Notes: generated by a model from the letters alone, not told the origin. A stretch of 32,000 bases of DNA from an uncultured archaeon (GCA_964589775.1 CAZPUN010000018.1:1-32000), one strand, 5' to 3'; shown: positions 10,135 to 19,915, counted from the first letter of the stretch. Translations and numbers: made by a program.

Positions 10135-10398
10135 GTTTTATCTCTCCTTTTGAAAGGATTTTAGTTCTCCTTCCAGTTCCTTGTCTTGAAATATATATGA
10201 ATTGGAATATATATATCTTTTTCCACTAATTATAATTTATTTTTAATAACATATATGACAAAACAGATTAACAAAATCATCAAGAATGATAAGAATAATG
10301 TAATGTCATTAACAAAAAGGTTAATTAGATTACAAATTTTAAGGAAAAAACAAATAAATGTTTAATTTAGTAATTAACATAGGCAAAAGGAACGCGCG

Positions 10399-11457
10399 GT
10401 GACTTACATGAGAATATATAAGATGAAAAAAGAAGCCCTATCTGAGTTTTTAAACTCCTTAAAAGAGTTTGGAGATCTATGGGCTCCAGTCAAGAAAAAA
10501 GATGGCTATGCATTTGAAAAAATTGATGACGTTTCCAAAGTTGACCTAACATATACACGAACAACAATACCCTTGAAAAAATTCTTTGCCCCACCAAAAA
10601 CACCCTTAGTAAAGTACGACTTAACCGGATATGAAAAAGAACACGAAATTGTTGAATATGTCAGAATGAATGAACAACGGAAACAAATTATCTTTGGAGC
10701 TCATCCATGTGATATCAATGCAATCCTAATATTGGATAAATTATTCTTGAATAACTATGCAGATCCATATTATCTTGCGAGACGCCAGAATTCTATAATT
10801 ATTGGTCATTCATGTCTTCCGGATGATAAATGTATGTGTAAGAGTACAGACACGGATACTGTCGACGAAGGATTCGACTTATTCTTCACAGAATTAGATG
10901 ATCACTATTTAGTCTGGGTTGGCTCAAGCTTAGGAGACGACCTAATTCGAGCAAACAGCAAATTCTTTGATGAAAACATAACAAACAAGGATATTGCTGA
11001 ATACAGTCAATGGAGAAAGAAAAGAGATAATATGTTCAAAACAAAAATTGATTTTGATTCGATGCCGGATTTTATGGAATTAGCATACAATTCCCAACTT
11101 TGGGATGAACTCGGTTCAAAATGTCTTTCATGTGGATCTTGCAGTATGGTATGTCCAACTTGCAATTGCTACAATGTTTTTGATGATATAGATATCCCTG
11201 AGTTTACTGGCGAGCGATATCGCGTGTGGGATTCGTGTATGTTTAAAGAATATTCCTTAGTTGCAGGCGGACATAATTTTAGAGAAGCTAGATCTCAAAG
11301 ATTAAAGCTATATTACACGCACAAATTAAAAGCTTACATTGGACAATATGGAAAACCTAGCTGTGTGGGTTGTGGTAGGTGTGTTGCTGCATGCCCAGTA
11401 AATATCAACGTCTTAACTGTTGCAAAAGCACTTACTGAGGAGGTTATTGTTAAATGA
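10399..11457 (+). CDS. hydB: Group 3b [NiFe] hydrogenase (sulfhydrogenase) beta subunit, 4Fe-4S
   Basis: FGAHPCD, DPYY..RR, CLSCGSCSMVCPTCNC, WDSC, CVGCGRCVAACP. The start could be ATG 10408 or 10423. Confidence 0.9.
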   Translation: MTYMRIYKMKKEALSEFLNSLKEFGDLWAPVKKKDGYAFEKIDDVSKVDLTYTRTTIPLKKFFAPPKTPLVKYDLTGYEKEHEIVEYVRMNEQRKQIIFGAHPCDINAILILDKLFLNNYADPYYLARRQNSIIIGHSCLPDDKCMCKSTDTDTVDEGFDLFFTELDDHYLVWVGSSLGDDLIRANSKFFDENITNKDIAEYSQWRKKRDNMFKTKIDFDSMPDFMELAYNSQLWDELGSKCLSCGSCSMVCPTCNCYNVFDDIDIPEFTGERYRVWDSCMFKEYSLVAGGHNFREARSQRLKLYYTHKLKAYIGQYGKPSCVGCGRCVAACPVNINVLTVAKALTEEVIVK

Positions 11458-12329
11458 TTTCAAATTCATTTTCCGAAGAATATTGTAAATGTAAGAGTGA
11501 AGGAAATCCATACTCTGCAGAACCGGCAAGAATAGTCAATATGTATGATTTAACAAAAGATGTAAGATTCTTCCAAATTCGCTTTACAGATATGGACAAG
11601 GCAATGAATTTTAATTACAAGCCGGGACAATTCATTATGTTTTCATTATTTGGTGTTGGTGAAGCACCTATTTCAATATCATCTACACCATCACGACCAG
11701 GATTATTAGAATTCTGTATCAGAAAGGTAGGAAAGCTAACGAGCGCGATTTTTGACTTAAAAGAAAACGACCGTGTTTGGCTTCGCGGACCATATGGAAA
11801 TGGATTCCCAATCGAAGAGATGCAAGGAAAGAACTTGATAATAGTTGCGGGAGGACTGGGCGCAGCACCACTTAGATCATTATTGCTCTACGCATTAGAT
11901 AATCGAAACTTATTCAAAGAGATCCACTATTTGCATGGAGCTAGGTCACCTGAAGATATGTTGTTTAAAGATGAATGCCTTAAAATGCGACACAGAGACG
12001 ATCTAAAATGCTATCTAACAGTAGATAATGCGGATAAAGATTGGCCATGTAGAGTAGGTGTTGTTACAGAGCTATTCAAGGAAATAGGTGATATCAATCC
12101 TGATGAAACATATGCAGCTATTTGTGGTCCCCCTGTGATGTACAAATACGTTATTCAAGAACTCGTGAAATTAAAGATTCCTAAAAATCAAATTTTGATG
12201 ACTTTAGAGAGACGAATGAAATGTGGCGTTGGAAAATGTGGACATTGTGCAATTGATTATGTGTACACCTGTATTGATGGACCCGTATTCACATACTGGG
12301 ATGTATTGCACATGAAGGAGCTGATCTAA
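11454..12329 (+). CDS. hydG: Group 3b hydrogenase gamma subunit (FAD/NAD(P), 2Fe-2S)
   Basis: KPGQF, GEAPISISS, RGPYGNGF, AGGLGAAP, ICGPPVM, ERRMKCGVGKCGHC...CIDGPVF; ATGA overlap with hydB. Confidence 0.92.
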   Translation: MISNSFSEEYCKCKSEGNPYSAEPARIVNMYDLTKDVRFFQIRFTDMDKAMNFNYKPGQFIMFSLFGVGEAPISISSTPSRPGLLEFCIRKVGKLTSAIFDLKENDRVWLRGPYGNGFPIEEMQGKNLIIVAGGLGAAPLRSLLLYALDNRNLFKEIHYLHGARSPEDMLFKDECLKMRHRDDLKCYLTVDNADKDWPCRVGVVTELFKEIGDINPDETYAAICGPPVMYKYVIQELVKLKIPKNQILMTLERRMKCGVGKCGHCAIDYVYTCIDGPVFTYWDVLHMKELI

Positions 12330-13124
12330 ATGGCTAGGTATATTCAGAAAGGAAATGTAAAAGTAGGAATTTATGGATTTACAGGATGCGCGGGTGACCA
12401 GCTTGTTATTGTACATACAGAAGACAAGCTGCTTGACTTTTTTGCATCTGCAGAATTCAAATCATTCGTCATGGCACAAAGTAACAATGATGAGAATTGC
12501 GAATTAGATATTGCGCTCGTAGAAGGTTCAATATCCACGGAAGAAGAAGTTCATGAAATAAAAGAAATCCGAAAGAAATCTAAGATACTCGTAGCGATCG
12601 GAACATGTGCATGCTTCGGCGGCGTTCAAGCGCAATATTATGGAGATGGCGAATGGGAAAAACGATTCAACATGGTCTATCAAGATAAGGTTACCCTAAC
12701 GAAACCATTGGAATCAAAACCCATTAGCGATTATGTAAAAGTCGATTTCATGGTTCCTGGTTGTCCTGTTGATGCAAATCAGATACTACACGCATTCAGC
12801 AAGGCAATTCATGGTATTCCACCTGAATTGTACAAATTCCCAGTATGTACAGAATGCAAATGGCGTGAAAACGATTGCTTGCTAAACAAAGGCGAATTTT
12901 GTTTAGGTCCTATTACTACCGCGGGCTGTGGCGCAGCATGCCCATCTAATAATGTACCATGTAATGGTTGCTTTGGACCGTACTATGACGCAAATTATGA
13001 ATCATATATCAAACTGATGATGGAAAAAGGATTCTCAAAAGAAGAAGTGATCAGACGCATACGCATATTTGGCGGCGCAGAATTTGCCAAGAAGCTTAAG
13101 ACTCTTGAGGAGGTATTACATTGA
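12330..13124 (+). CDS. hydD: Group 3b hydrogenase small (delta) subunit
   Basis: TGCAGD, VEGS, GTCACFGG, PGCP, VCTEC...C...CLGPITTAGCGAACP...CNGCFGP. Confidence 0.92.
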   Translation: MARYIQKGNVKVGIYGFTGCAGDQLVIVHTEDKLLDFFASAEFKSFVMAQSNNDENCELDIALVEGSISTEEEVHEIKEIRKKSKILVAIGTCACFGGVQAQYYGDGEWEKRFNMVYQDKVTLTKPLESKPISDYVKVDFMVPGCPVDANQILHAFSKAIHGIPPELYKFPVCTECKWRENDCLLNKGEFCLGPITTAGCGAACPSNNVPCNGCFGPYYDANYESYIKLMMEKGFSKEEVIRRIRIFGGAEFAKKLKTLEEVLH

Positions 13125-14413
13125 GCAAGAATATTGTAGTTAAGAAACTGGCACGTGTTGAAGGAAACGGTGGAATCACCGTAGAAATCGAGAATAACAA
13201 AGTAAAAGATGTTAAAGTAAATATTTATGAAGGCCCGCGATTAATTGAAGCTGTCGTTGTTGGAAAGACACCAGAGGAAGACTTGACAATAGTACCGAGA
13301 ATCTGTGCAATATGTACAATTTCACACAAGTATGCCGCACTAAGAGGATTAGAAAAAGCCCTTGATGTAAAAATCCCTGAAAAAGTACACCTCTTTAGAA
13401 CATTAATGCACTTTGGTGAAATGATTGAAAGTCATGCGTTACATGTTTTCTTGCTCGCTTTACCGGACTTTTTGGGATTCCCATCTGCTGTCGCAATGGT
13501 TGATAAATATGGCGATGAAGTAACGAAAGGACTCCTCCTCAAGAAATATGGAAACAAAATCATGAGACTTGCAGGCGGAGACCGAATGATCCATGGCTCA
13601 AATCAGATTATCGGAGGCTTTGGTAAATATCCATCAAATGAGGTACTACGTGAACTGAAAGAAGAAGCAAAGAAACTCATACCATACGCAGAAATGGGAA
13701 TTGAACTGATGGGCTCATTAGAAATAGAAGACTATCCCGCTACAGATACAATATTTATGTGTTTGAATCCACCGGATGGAAAATATGGCTTTGTAGGTGA
13801 CTCAGTGCTTATTTCAACAGGAGAAGAAGTAAGCGTAGATGAATACAAAAAGTTAACCAATGAACGAGTAGTACCACACTCATTTGCAAAGAGATCAACA
13901 TATCAAGGTAAACCATTTAGCGTCGGAGCTCAAGCTCGTGTATTGCTCCTCAAAGACCGCCTTACTGGCAAAGCAAAGAAATATTTCGAAAAATACTACA
14001 ATGAACAATGGCACACCAACCCGCTATATAATAATCTCGCACAAGCAATCGAAACATTATACTGCCTTGAAGAAATCCCCAATTTAATTGATAAAATGAT
14101 TAAGCTTAAGGATCCAGAAGTCGCTAAACCAAATAGAACTACAGGTTCTGGAACCGGTGCGGTAGAAGCGCCCCGAGGAATCCTCTACCACCACTATGAC
14201 ATAAAAGACGGATTGATCCAAAAAGCAGACATAATTACACCAACCGCTCAGAACTTAGACGATATTGAACGGCATATCCGTGTTGGCGCCGAAAAACTTT
14301 TAGCAAGAAAAGAAAACGACCAAAGCATAACATTAAAATTAGAGATGGTTGCTAGAGCTTATGACCCATGTATAAGTTGTTCAGCTCACATGGTTCGAAT
14401 CAAGCGAAAATAA
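13121..14413 (+). CDS. hydA: Group 3b [NiFe] hydrogenase large (alpha) subunit
   Basis: RVEG, L1 PRICAICTISH, EAPRG, ITPT, L2 RAYDPCISCSAH followed by a 7-aa cleavable tail; SD GAGGAGGT before TTG. Confidence 0.95.
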   Translation: MSKNIVVKKLARVEGNGGITVEIENNKVKDVKVNIYEGPRLIEAVVVGKTPEEDLTIVPRICAICTISHKYAALRGLEKALDVKIPEKVHLFRTLMHFGEMIESHALHVFLLALPDFLGFPSAVAMVDKYGDEVTKGLLLKKYGNKIMRLAGGDRMIHGSNQIIGGFGKYPSNEVLRELKEEAKKLIPYAEMGIELMGSLEIEDYPATDTIFMCLNPPDGKYGFVGDSVLISTGEEVSVDEYKKLTNERVVPHSFAKRSTYQGKPFSVGAQARVLLLKDRLTGKAKKYFEKYYNEQWHTNPLYNNLAQAIETLYCLEEIPNLIDKMIKLKDPEVAKPNRTTGSGTGAVEAPRGILYHHYDIKDGLIQKADIITPTAQNLDDIERHIRVGAEKLLARKENDQSITLKLEMVARAYDPCISCSAHMVRIKRK

Positions 14414-14425
14414 TTGGTGATTGGG

Positions 14426-14869
14426 ATGGATTTCCCATTTCAAAATGGATGCAAGACAGCATTCATTGGACTTGGAAATAAGGAACGGTCCGACGATAGT
14501 GTCGGACTCCTTATTGTTAATCGATTAAAAGAGAAGCATAAGAACGCATGGACCGAAGAAGACGGTCTTGAAGAAGTTGTATTATCACTAATTGAAGATA
14601 AGGACATAGACGAAGTAGTTTTCATAGATGCCGTAGATTTTGATGGTGCCCCAGGTCAGGTCGATATTTTTACATCAGATGAGGTTCCATTACTTGAGTT
14701 ATCAACACATAAAGTTCCTTTAGGAGTCCTCATGGCATTACTTGAGAAAAACGGTAAGAATACATATTTAATTGGGATCCAACCTGCTTCTACAGATTAT
14801 ACCACAGAAATACATCCATATGTTCAGAATTCCGCCTTAGAAATCATAGAGTACCTATCTAACTTTTAG
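14426..14869 (+). CDS. Hydrogenase maturation protease (HycI/HybD family)
   Basis: IGLGN..RSDDSVG, FIDAVD, STH, LIGIQP. ATG 14426 has GGTGA upstream (ORF track start 14414). Confidence 0.9.
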   Translation: MDFPFQNGCKTAFIGLGNKERSDDSVGLLIVNRLKEKHKNAWTEEDGLEEVVLSLIEDKDIDEVVFIDAVDFDGAPGQVDIFTSDEVPLLELSTHKVPLGVLMALLEKNGKNTYLIGIQPASTDYTTEIHPYVQNSALEIIEYLSNF

Positions 14870-14916
14870 ATAAGTACACTACTTTTTTTACTATTTTTAG
14901 CAATATAAAATAGTGG

Positions 14917-15336
14917 TTGTTACAAATGAAAAGAATCGAGAAATTATTAGATGTGGTTTTAAAAGCGCGAATAAAGATTCAAAAAGCAATCGAAATTACA
15001 AAACACGAAGAAACAATATACGATCTAAAGGGACTCGATAACCATTTGGGATTACTAGAGCGAGTTCTAGGGGAATTTAGTGAAAATGTAAAACACGCAA
15101 GAAATGCCAATGATATTTTAAATGATCCTGCATATACAACTAGAATGGCAGCATGGACCGATGGGCTAATGATTCGAATTGAAGATTATTTGAAAAAATT
15201 AAGGAAATTCAGATATGAAATTGCCCATAAATACTGGGATGCTACCATTGATTATGTGGATACAATCATTAAAAATGTAGATAGGTGGAAAAAAGGAATT
15301 AATCTCATAGGCGACTTACCGGATATTCCCAGTTAA
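14917..15336 (+). CDS. Hypothetical all-helical protein
   Basis: 139 aa of amphipathic helices; likely start ATG 14926; stop overlaps the convergent aRF1 stop (TTAA). Confidence 0.7.
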   Translation: MLQMKRIEKLLDVVLKARIKIQKAIEITKHEETIYDLKGLDNHLGLLERVLGEFSENVKHARNANDILNDPAYTTRMAAWTDGLMIRIEDYLKKLRKFRYEIAHKYWDATIDYVDTIIKNVDRWKKGINLIGDLPDIPS

Positions 15337-16421
15337 TATCGAAGCAATGCAGCAACGCCACCCATAGCTTCCAGTTGCGCTCCAGATTCGGTCTGGGAAC
15401 TGAAGATTACAACATCTGTTCCATATTGTTCTGCAATGTCGATTATTTTGTCGATTAAGTCAGTTTTTTTCTCAGAGATCAGAATAGTATCTACACGACC
15501 TTGTTGCAGCATATCTAAAACTTCTTTCTCACCATAGGTTACGTTTGAATGACCTTTCATAAGGTTTTCAATAAATCGTTCCCAGAGTTGTCGCTCTTTA
15601 TATACTTCAGTTTCTTTTGCAATTCGAGAAATTTCTTTAACAATTTGTAATAGACCCGTTTCATCGACTGTAGATACAGATATAATTTTATCTACAACCT
15701 TTTGTTTGAGACGATAATCAAGCTCACCTTTTTCGAGAAATTCCATAACACGTATTGTATTACCACCAAATACAATGGCATCAATATTATCAAGTTGAGG
15801 TAACAATAGCTCATTCAGGTATTTTCCAAGATGCCTAAAGAAGTTAAGCATTTTTTCTTCACGAATACGTTCAAAACGCCGAGAAGACTGACCACCAGCT
15901 CTAAACTTACCCATAATATAGAAATCTTCCTCTTTTACAAGTTCTATGTGCTTGCCTCTTAAATAACCAACAACATACTTACCACCTTCAATGAGAACTG
16001 TCACAATAAAGTGCCGCGGAGTAAGCATCTGCTCCAATTCATCAGTCTTAAATTCAGAACCACAAATATAAATGAAATTTTTGAGTGGTTCAGGCGGAAT
16101 AATAGCTTCTCGGATCTCGATATTGTTTTGCTCCCCCATAATGCCATAGAAGAAAACAATACCATTTTCAGGAATGTGACCTAATTTTGTCAAATCGGAT
16201 ATAATCGCATTTAAATTATCTGCTACATTTTTTCTATTTGTTTTAGACTTGATGTTATCAGTTCCAGCATATTCCTGCTTCAGAAAGTTTAGAACATCAA
16301 CGATATTTTTACTCGGAGGAATGTATAGAGTGGTAAATCCACTATGTCGACCTTGTAATGATTTTAGATATTCGATCTTTTTTCTTAGTTTCTCTTTCGT
16401 AATAGTTGGGGAAGCAGACAT
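15333..16421 (-). CDS. prf1: Archaeal peptide chain release factor 1 (aRF1/eRF1), compact form
   Basis: LYIPP, NIKS, YICGSEF (YxCxxxF), AGGQSSRRFERIRE, YGEKEV, GGVAALLRY. GGQ and NIKS exclude Pelota. Confidence 0.93.
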   Translation of the reverse strand: MSASPTITKEKLRKKIEYLKSLQGRHSGFTTLYIPPSKNIVDVLNFLKQEYAGTDNIKSKTNRKNVADNLNAIISDLTKLGHIPENGIVFFYGIMGEQNNIEIREAIIPPEPLKNFIYICGSEFKTDELEQMLTPRHFIVTVLIEGGKYVVGYLRGKHIELVKEEDFYIMGKFRAGGQSSRRFERIREEKMLNFFRHLGKYLNELLLPQLDNIDAIVFGGNTIRVMEFLEKGELDYRLKQKVVDKIISVSTVDETGLLQIVKEISRIAKETEVYKERQLWERFIENLMKGHSNVTYGEKEVLDMLQQGRVDTILISEKKTDLIDKIIDIAEQYGTDVVIFSSQTESGAQLEAMGGVAALLRY

Positions 16422-16573
16422 CAGAAAATCCCTCGATAGTTCTTTGCGATTTTTGAACTATCCACTATTTTTTAGTAAATAATTTAAGTGTTATCAAAAC
16501 GCACTTCATTAAAACAAAATTAAAAATAGATTCATGCGAAATATAAAATTATAAAATTGCAAGGGAGCCCATA

Positions 16574-18415
16574 TTGACAGAAATTTCCGATATTTTAAGG
16601 TCAATTCCAGAAAAGCCTGGAATATATATAATGAAAGATATTGATGGAAATATATTGTATATTGGAAAAGCAAAAATATTGAAACGCCGTGTTTCATCGT
16701 ATTTTCATAAAACACATAATAATGAACGCATTAAGAAAATGGTCTCAAAAATTGCAAATATAGAAGTAATTGTAACAAACACAGAAATAGAAGCATTAAT
16801 GCTTGAAAGTACCCTGATTAAAAAGCATAAGCCGCCTTACAATGTTGCATTAAAAGACGATTCGCGATATGTATACGCGAAGATCCATATGGAGGACGAA
16901 TATCCATGGATTGAAATCACTCGTGATTTCAAACGTGATGGCGCACCATATTTTGGACCATATTCAAGTTCACGATGGCTTGAAAAATACATAGATACTC
17001 TAAGAAAAATGTTTCCAGTCCGCACATGCAATTATGACCTCAGGAAAATAAAGCGAGCCTGTATTGATTACCAATTAAAAAGATGCCTTGCACCATGTGT
17101 GTATGAAGTCGATAAAGAGGAATATCAAAACATTGTAAAACAAATGATGACTTTCCTTGAAGGCAGAGGAAAAGACTTGATTGATATTTTAGAAAAACAG
17201 ATGGTTGAGTCCGCAAGCAATCTGAATTTTGAGCGCGCTGCCATATTAAGAGATCGTCTAAAAGCAATAAGAAAATCAATACAAAAGCAAAAGGTCGTAT
17301 CATTAACGCCTGATAATAAAGATATCATTGCACTTGCTAGAACTGAAAATATTAGTTTGGTTCAAGTGCTCTTTATACGTGATGGAAAACTGATAGGGCA
17401 GTCATATTTCGTATTAAATCAAGGGATTGAAGAAGAGAAAAGTGAAATACTTGCAAAGTTCATATTACAATATTATCATGAACGACCGAATCTTCCTGAG
17501 AAAATAATAGTTCAAGAGAAAATAAAAGAACGTGAAATCTATGAAAAAATCCTCTCACAGTTGGAGAATAAACCGGTAAAAATCATAGATGTACCTAACG
17601 ATATTGATCGAGAACTCTTAGCAATGTGTGAAATGAATGCGCGGACAAATCTTGGAAGAATTTTACTAATTGACAAATCAGATGAGATTATTCTTGCAGA
17701 TTCCGTTATAGATCTTCAAAAGCGTATAGGATTATCAAAACCACCAATTATCATAGAAGGATTTGACATTTCAAATATTCAAGGCACTAACCCAACAGCT
17801 TCAATGGTCAGATTCTACAATGGAACTCCGGATAAAAACAATTATAGAAAGTTCAAAATTAAAATAAAATCCACGCCCGACGATTTCGCCATGATGTATG
17901 AAGTAGTATATAGAAGATACAAATCCGTAATTGAAAAGGGACTTCCATTACCAGACCTAATTTTAATTGATGGCGGAAAAGGCCAAGTAAATGCAGCCAT
18001 GAAAGCTTTAAAGGACCTAGGACTTGATTATCTTTCAGTAATTGGGATAGCAAAAAGATTTGACCACTTAATTCCTGCATGGACACTTGAAGAAATTGAA
18101 CTACCGCCAGAATCGCTTGGACTTCGATTGCTCCAATTCGTAAGGGATGAAGCACACAGATTTGCAGTATCATACCACAGAAAGCTCAGACAAAAACAAC
18201 TTGAACATTCGATCTTGGATGAAATAAAAGGAGTGGGTGAAAAAACTCGAAAACGCCTACTGAAAAAATTCGGAACAATAAAAGAAATCGGAAAGGCACC
18301 AGTTGAGGAAATCGCATCTGTACCCGGAGTCAATCTTGAACTTGCGTATAGAATAAAGAAATATATAGAACAAAAAATCGATTTAGAAAGTTCAAAATCC
18401 TTTTTAGAAAGGTAA
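16574..18415 (+). CDS. uvrC: Excinuclease ABC subunit C
   Basis: GIY-YIG (PGIYIM...LYIGKAK..RV.SYF), Cys cluster C/C/CLAPC, UVR NFERAAILRD, FDISN, DDFAMM, PDLILIDGGKGQ, RDEAHRFA, C-terminal HhH. Confidence 0.96.
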   Translation: MTEISDILRSIPEKPGIYIMKDIDGNILYIGKAKILKRRVSSYFHKTHNNERIKKMVSKIANIEVIVTNTEIEALMLESTLIKKHKPPYNVALKDDSRYVYAKIHMEDEYPWIEITRDFKRDGAPYFGPYSSSRWLEKYIDTLRKMFPVRTCNYDLRKIKRACIDYQLKRCLAPCVYEVDKEEYQNIVKQMMTFLEGRGKDLIDILEKQMVESASNLNFERAAILRDRLKAIRKSIQKQKVVSLTPDNKDIIALARTENISLVQVLFIRDGKLIGQSYFVLNQGIEEEKSEILAKFILQYYHERPNLPEKIIVQEKIKEREIYEKILSQLENKPVKIIDVPNDIDRELLAMCEMNARTNLGRILLIDKSDEIILADSVIDLQKRIGLSKPPIIIEGFDISNIQGTNPTASMVRFYNGTPDKNNYRKFKIKIKSTPDDFAMMYEVVYRRYKSVIEKGLPLPDLILIDGGKGQVNAAMKALKDLGLDYLSVIGIAKRFDHLIPAWTLEEIELPPESLGLRLLQFVRDEAHRFAVSYHRKLRQKQLEHSILDEIKGVGEKTRKRLLKKFGTIKEIGKAPVEEIASVPGVNLELAYRIKKYIEQKIDLESSKSFLER

Positions 18416-18459
18416 ACAAAATATCATTTATAGAGTAAAAATAAAGGAGATAGATTGCA

Positions 18460-18981
18460 ATGTCACAAGATGATACATATATCAGAGCTCAATTAATGAA
18501 AATCAATCAGACAATAGAAAGAGTAAATGAAACACTAAATCGTATGATCGAAGTTATATCAAAAATTGGAGACTTAGAAACTGTCGTACTTGGACTGCAA
18601 GAAAAAATCGATAAAGTGAATGAGCGATTTGATGAATTTACTGTAGAAATGCAAAAGACAGTAGCACGAAAAGCTGCAGAGGGCGGCATGGGACCATCGA
18701 AAGCTGCTATTAGTGATGCAATCTCTGTACTTGAAAACCTAGACTCACAAATTAGAAGTGGTATGATGGCATTCGACATGTCCAACAGATTACAAAACGC
18801 AATAAATACGATAGAAAGATACATACCACCATCGCATAATCTGTTCATTCATATGAAGAGATGGATAAGAATTCTAAAATCCTATGGTAAAACAGATCCA
18901 CCATCAGATCAAGACTTTAGAAAATTCAAAGCAGAAATTAGAGATTGGATAAACACTCTAGATAAAGAAAGAGGCGCATAA
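18460..18981 (+). CDS. N-terminal coiled coil fused to a Vps28 C-terminal-like four-helix domain
   Basis: Heptad repeat at residues ~8-67, linker EGGMGP, then ISDAISV...IR...AFD...L...TIER.IPP...WIRIL...D..SD..R...N matching the recalled VPS28 CTD pattern; SD AAGGAG. Confidence 0.65.
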   Translation: MSQDDTYIRAQLMKINQTIERVNETLNRMIEVISKIGDLETVVLGLQEKIDKVNERFDEFTVEMQKTVARKAAEGGMGPSKAAISDAISVLENLDSQIRSGMMAFDMSNRLQNAINTIERYIPPSHNLFIHMKRWIRILKSYGKTDPPSDQDFRKFKAEIRDWINTLDKERGA

Positions 18982-18998
18982 ATTAGTACGCCTTTTTT
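18972..18998 (+). terminator. Putative hairpin plus T-tract terminator
   Basis: AGGCG-N12-CGCCT followed by TTTTT, between convergent genes. Confidence 0.45.
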
Positions 18999-19005
18999 AC
19001 TTATT

Positions 19006-19395
19006 TTATGTGAATTCTCTAAGGATTGCGCCAAATATACCGCCAATTAAACACCAGAGAATCGTAGAAAATATCATCATAACTCCAGACATAAAACCAA
19101 TCATCATTAAAAGAGTGTCGCCACCTAGAAGTAATCCGGGTATTACAAAGAATAAACCAAAGAAAAAGAACGTCGAAACAATTGATATAAATGATGCAAT
19201 TACAGCTTTGCCTAATGAATCTGTAACAAGCCCATTAAATAAATATACCCCAATTGGAATAATCAATGATACAAAAATATTCTCAATAGGTATGAAATTC
19301 ATATATGCAAATACATTAATTGTGGCAACTATAAAGCCAGTTCCAATACCAACAAATATCATCCACAATCGGGATAATAATACCTCTTTTTTCAA
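19006..19395 (-). CDS. Small integral membrane protein (~4 TM), unknown function
   Basis: Four hydrophobic segments, C-terminal GGIFGA; GGTGA upstream of TTG. Confidence 0.75.
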   Translation of the reverse strand: MKKEVLLSRLWMIFVGIGTGFIVATINVFAYMNFIPIENIFVSLIIPIGVYLFNGLVTDSLGKAVIASFISIVSTFFFFGLFFVIPGLLLGGDTLLMMIGFMSGVMMIFSTILWCLIGGIFGAILREFT

Positions 19396-19464
19396 TGATA
19401 ATCACCAGCCAACTAAAAAGATAAAATAAAGATACATAAACAATTCGATTTACGTAATCAATCG

Positions 19465-19833
19465 CTATCGTTTGTATTTCTTAATGAGCTTTAATGCATT
19501 TTCCTCATCTTCTAAAAGTAATTTCAATTCATGATAATCAAGTTTTAATTGCTCAAGTTCCTCAGGACTCATCTCAATCTTACCGGATTCAGCTGCTTTT
19601 ATTTTCTCTTTTAATTCTTTCATCTTTTCTTTTGTGCCAGAATGTGTAATGCGATCACGTAATTCGGCAATTTCATCCAAAACTTTTAGACGTTTCTCAT
19701 TGACTTTATCTAACTTACTCTTAGCCTTTTTCGTATATGTACCATATTTTTTCTTGATTTCTTCTTCCTCTTTGTCGAAACGATGGTATTTGATTATTAA
19801 AGATTCAGCTTCCCTAGATAAATGCTTAGGCAA
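19465..19833 (-). CDS. Highly charged helical/coiled-coil hypothetical protein
   Basis: 122 aa, Lys/Glu rich; strong SD GAGGTGA upstream of TTG. Confidence 0.75.
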   Translation of the reverse strand: MPKHLSREAESLIIKYHRFDKEEEEIKKKYGTYTKKAKSKLDKVNEKRLKVLDEIAELRDRITHSGTKEKMKELKEKIKAAESGKIEMSPEELEQLKLDYHELKLLLEDEENALKLIKKYKR

Positions 19834-19903
19834 TCTTGTTCACCTCTCAGACTCATGATGCACAAGACACTATTTGTATTTTACTATGCATTTATTCAAA
19901 ATA

Positions 19904-19911
19904 TTTATAAA
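19904..19911 (+). promoter_or_regulatory. TATA box of the DtxR-family/ABC operon
   Basis: TTTATAAA preceded by A-rich BRE-like CAAAA, about 50 bp upstream of ATG 19963. Confidence 0.6.
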
Positions 19912-19915
19912 TTTA

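Noticed and set aside
13121-14413. Selenocysteine ([NiFeSe]) hydrogenase
   Set aside because: L2 is DPCISC encoded by TGT codons and there is no in-frame TGA.
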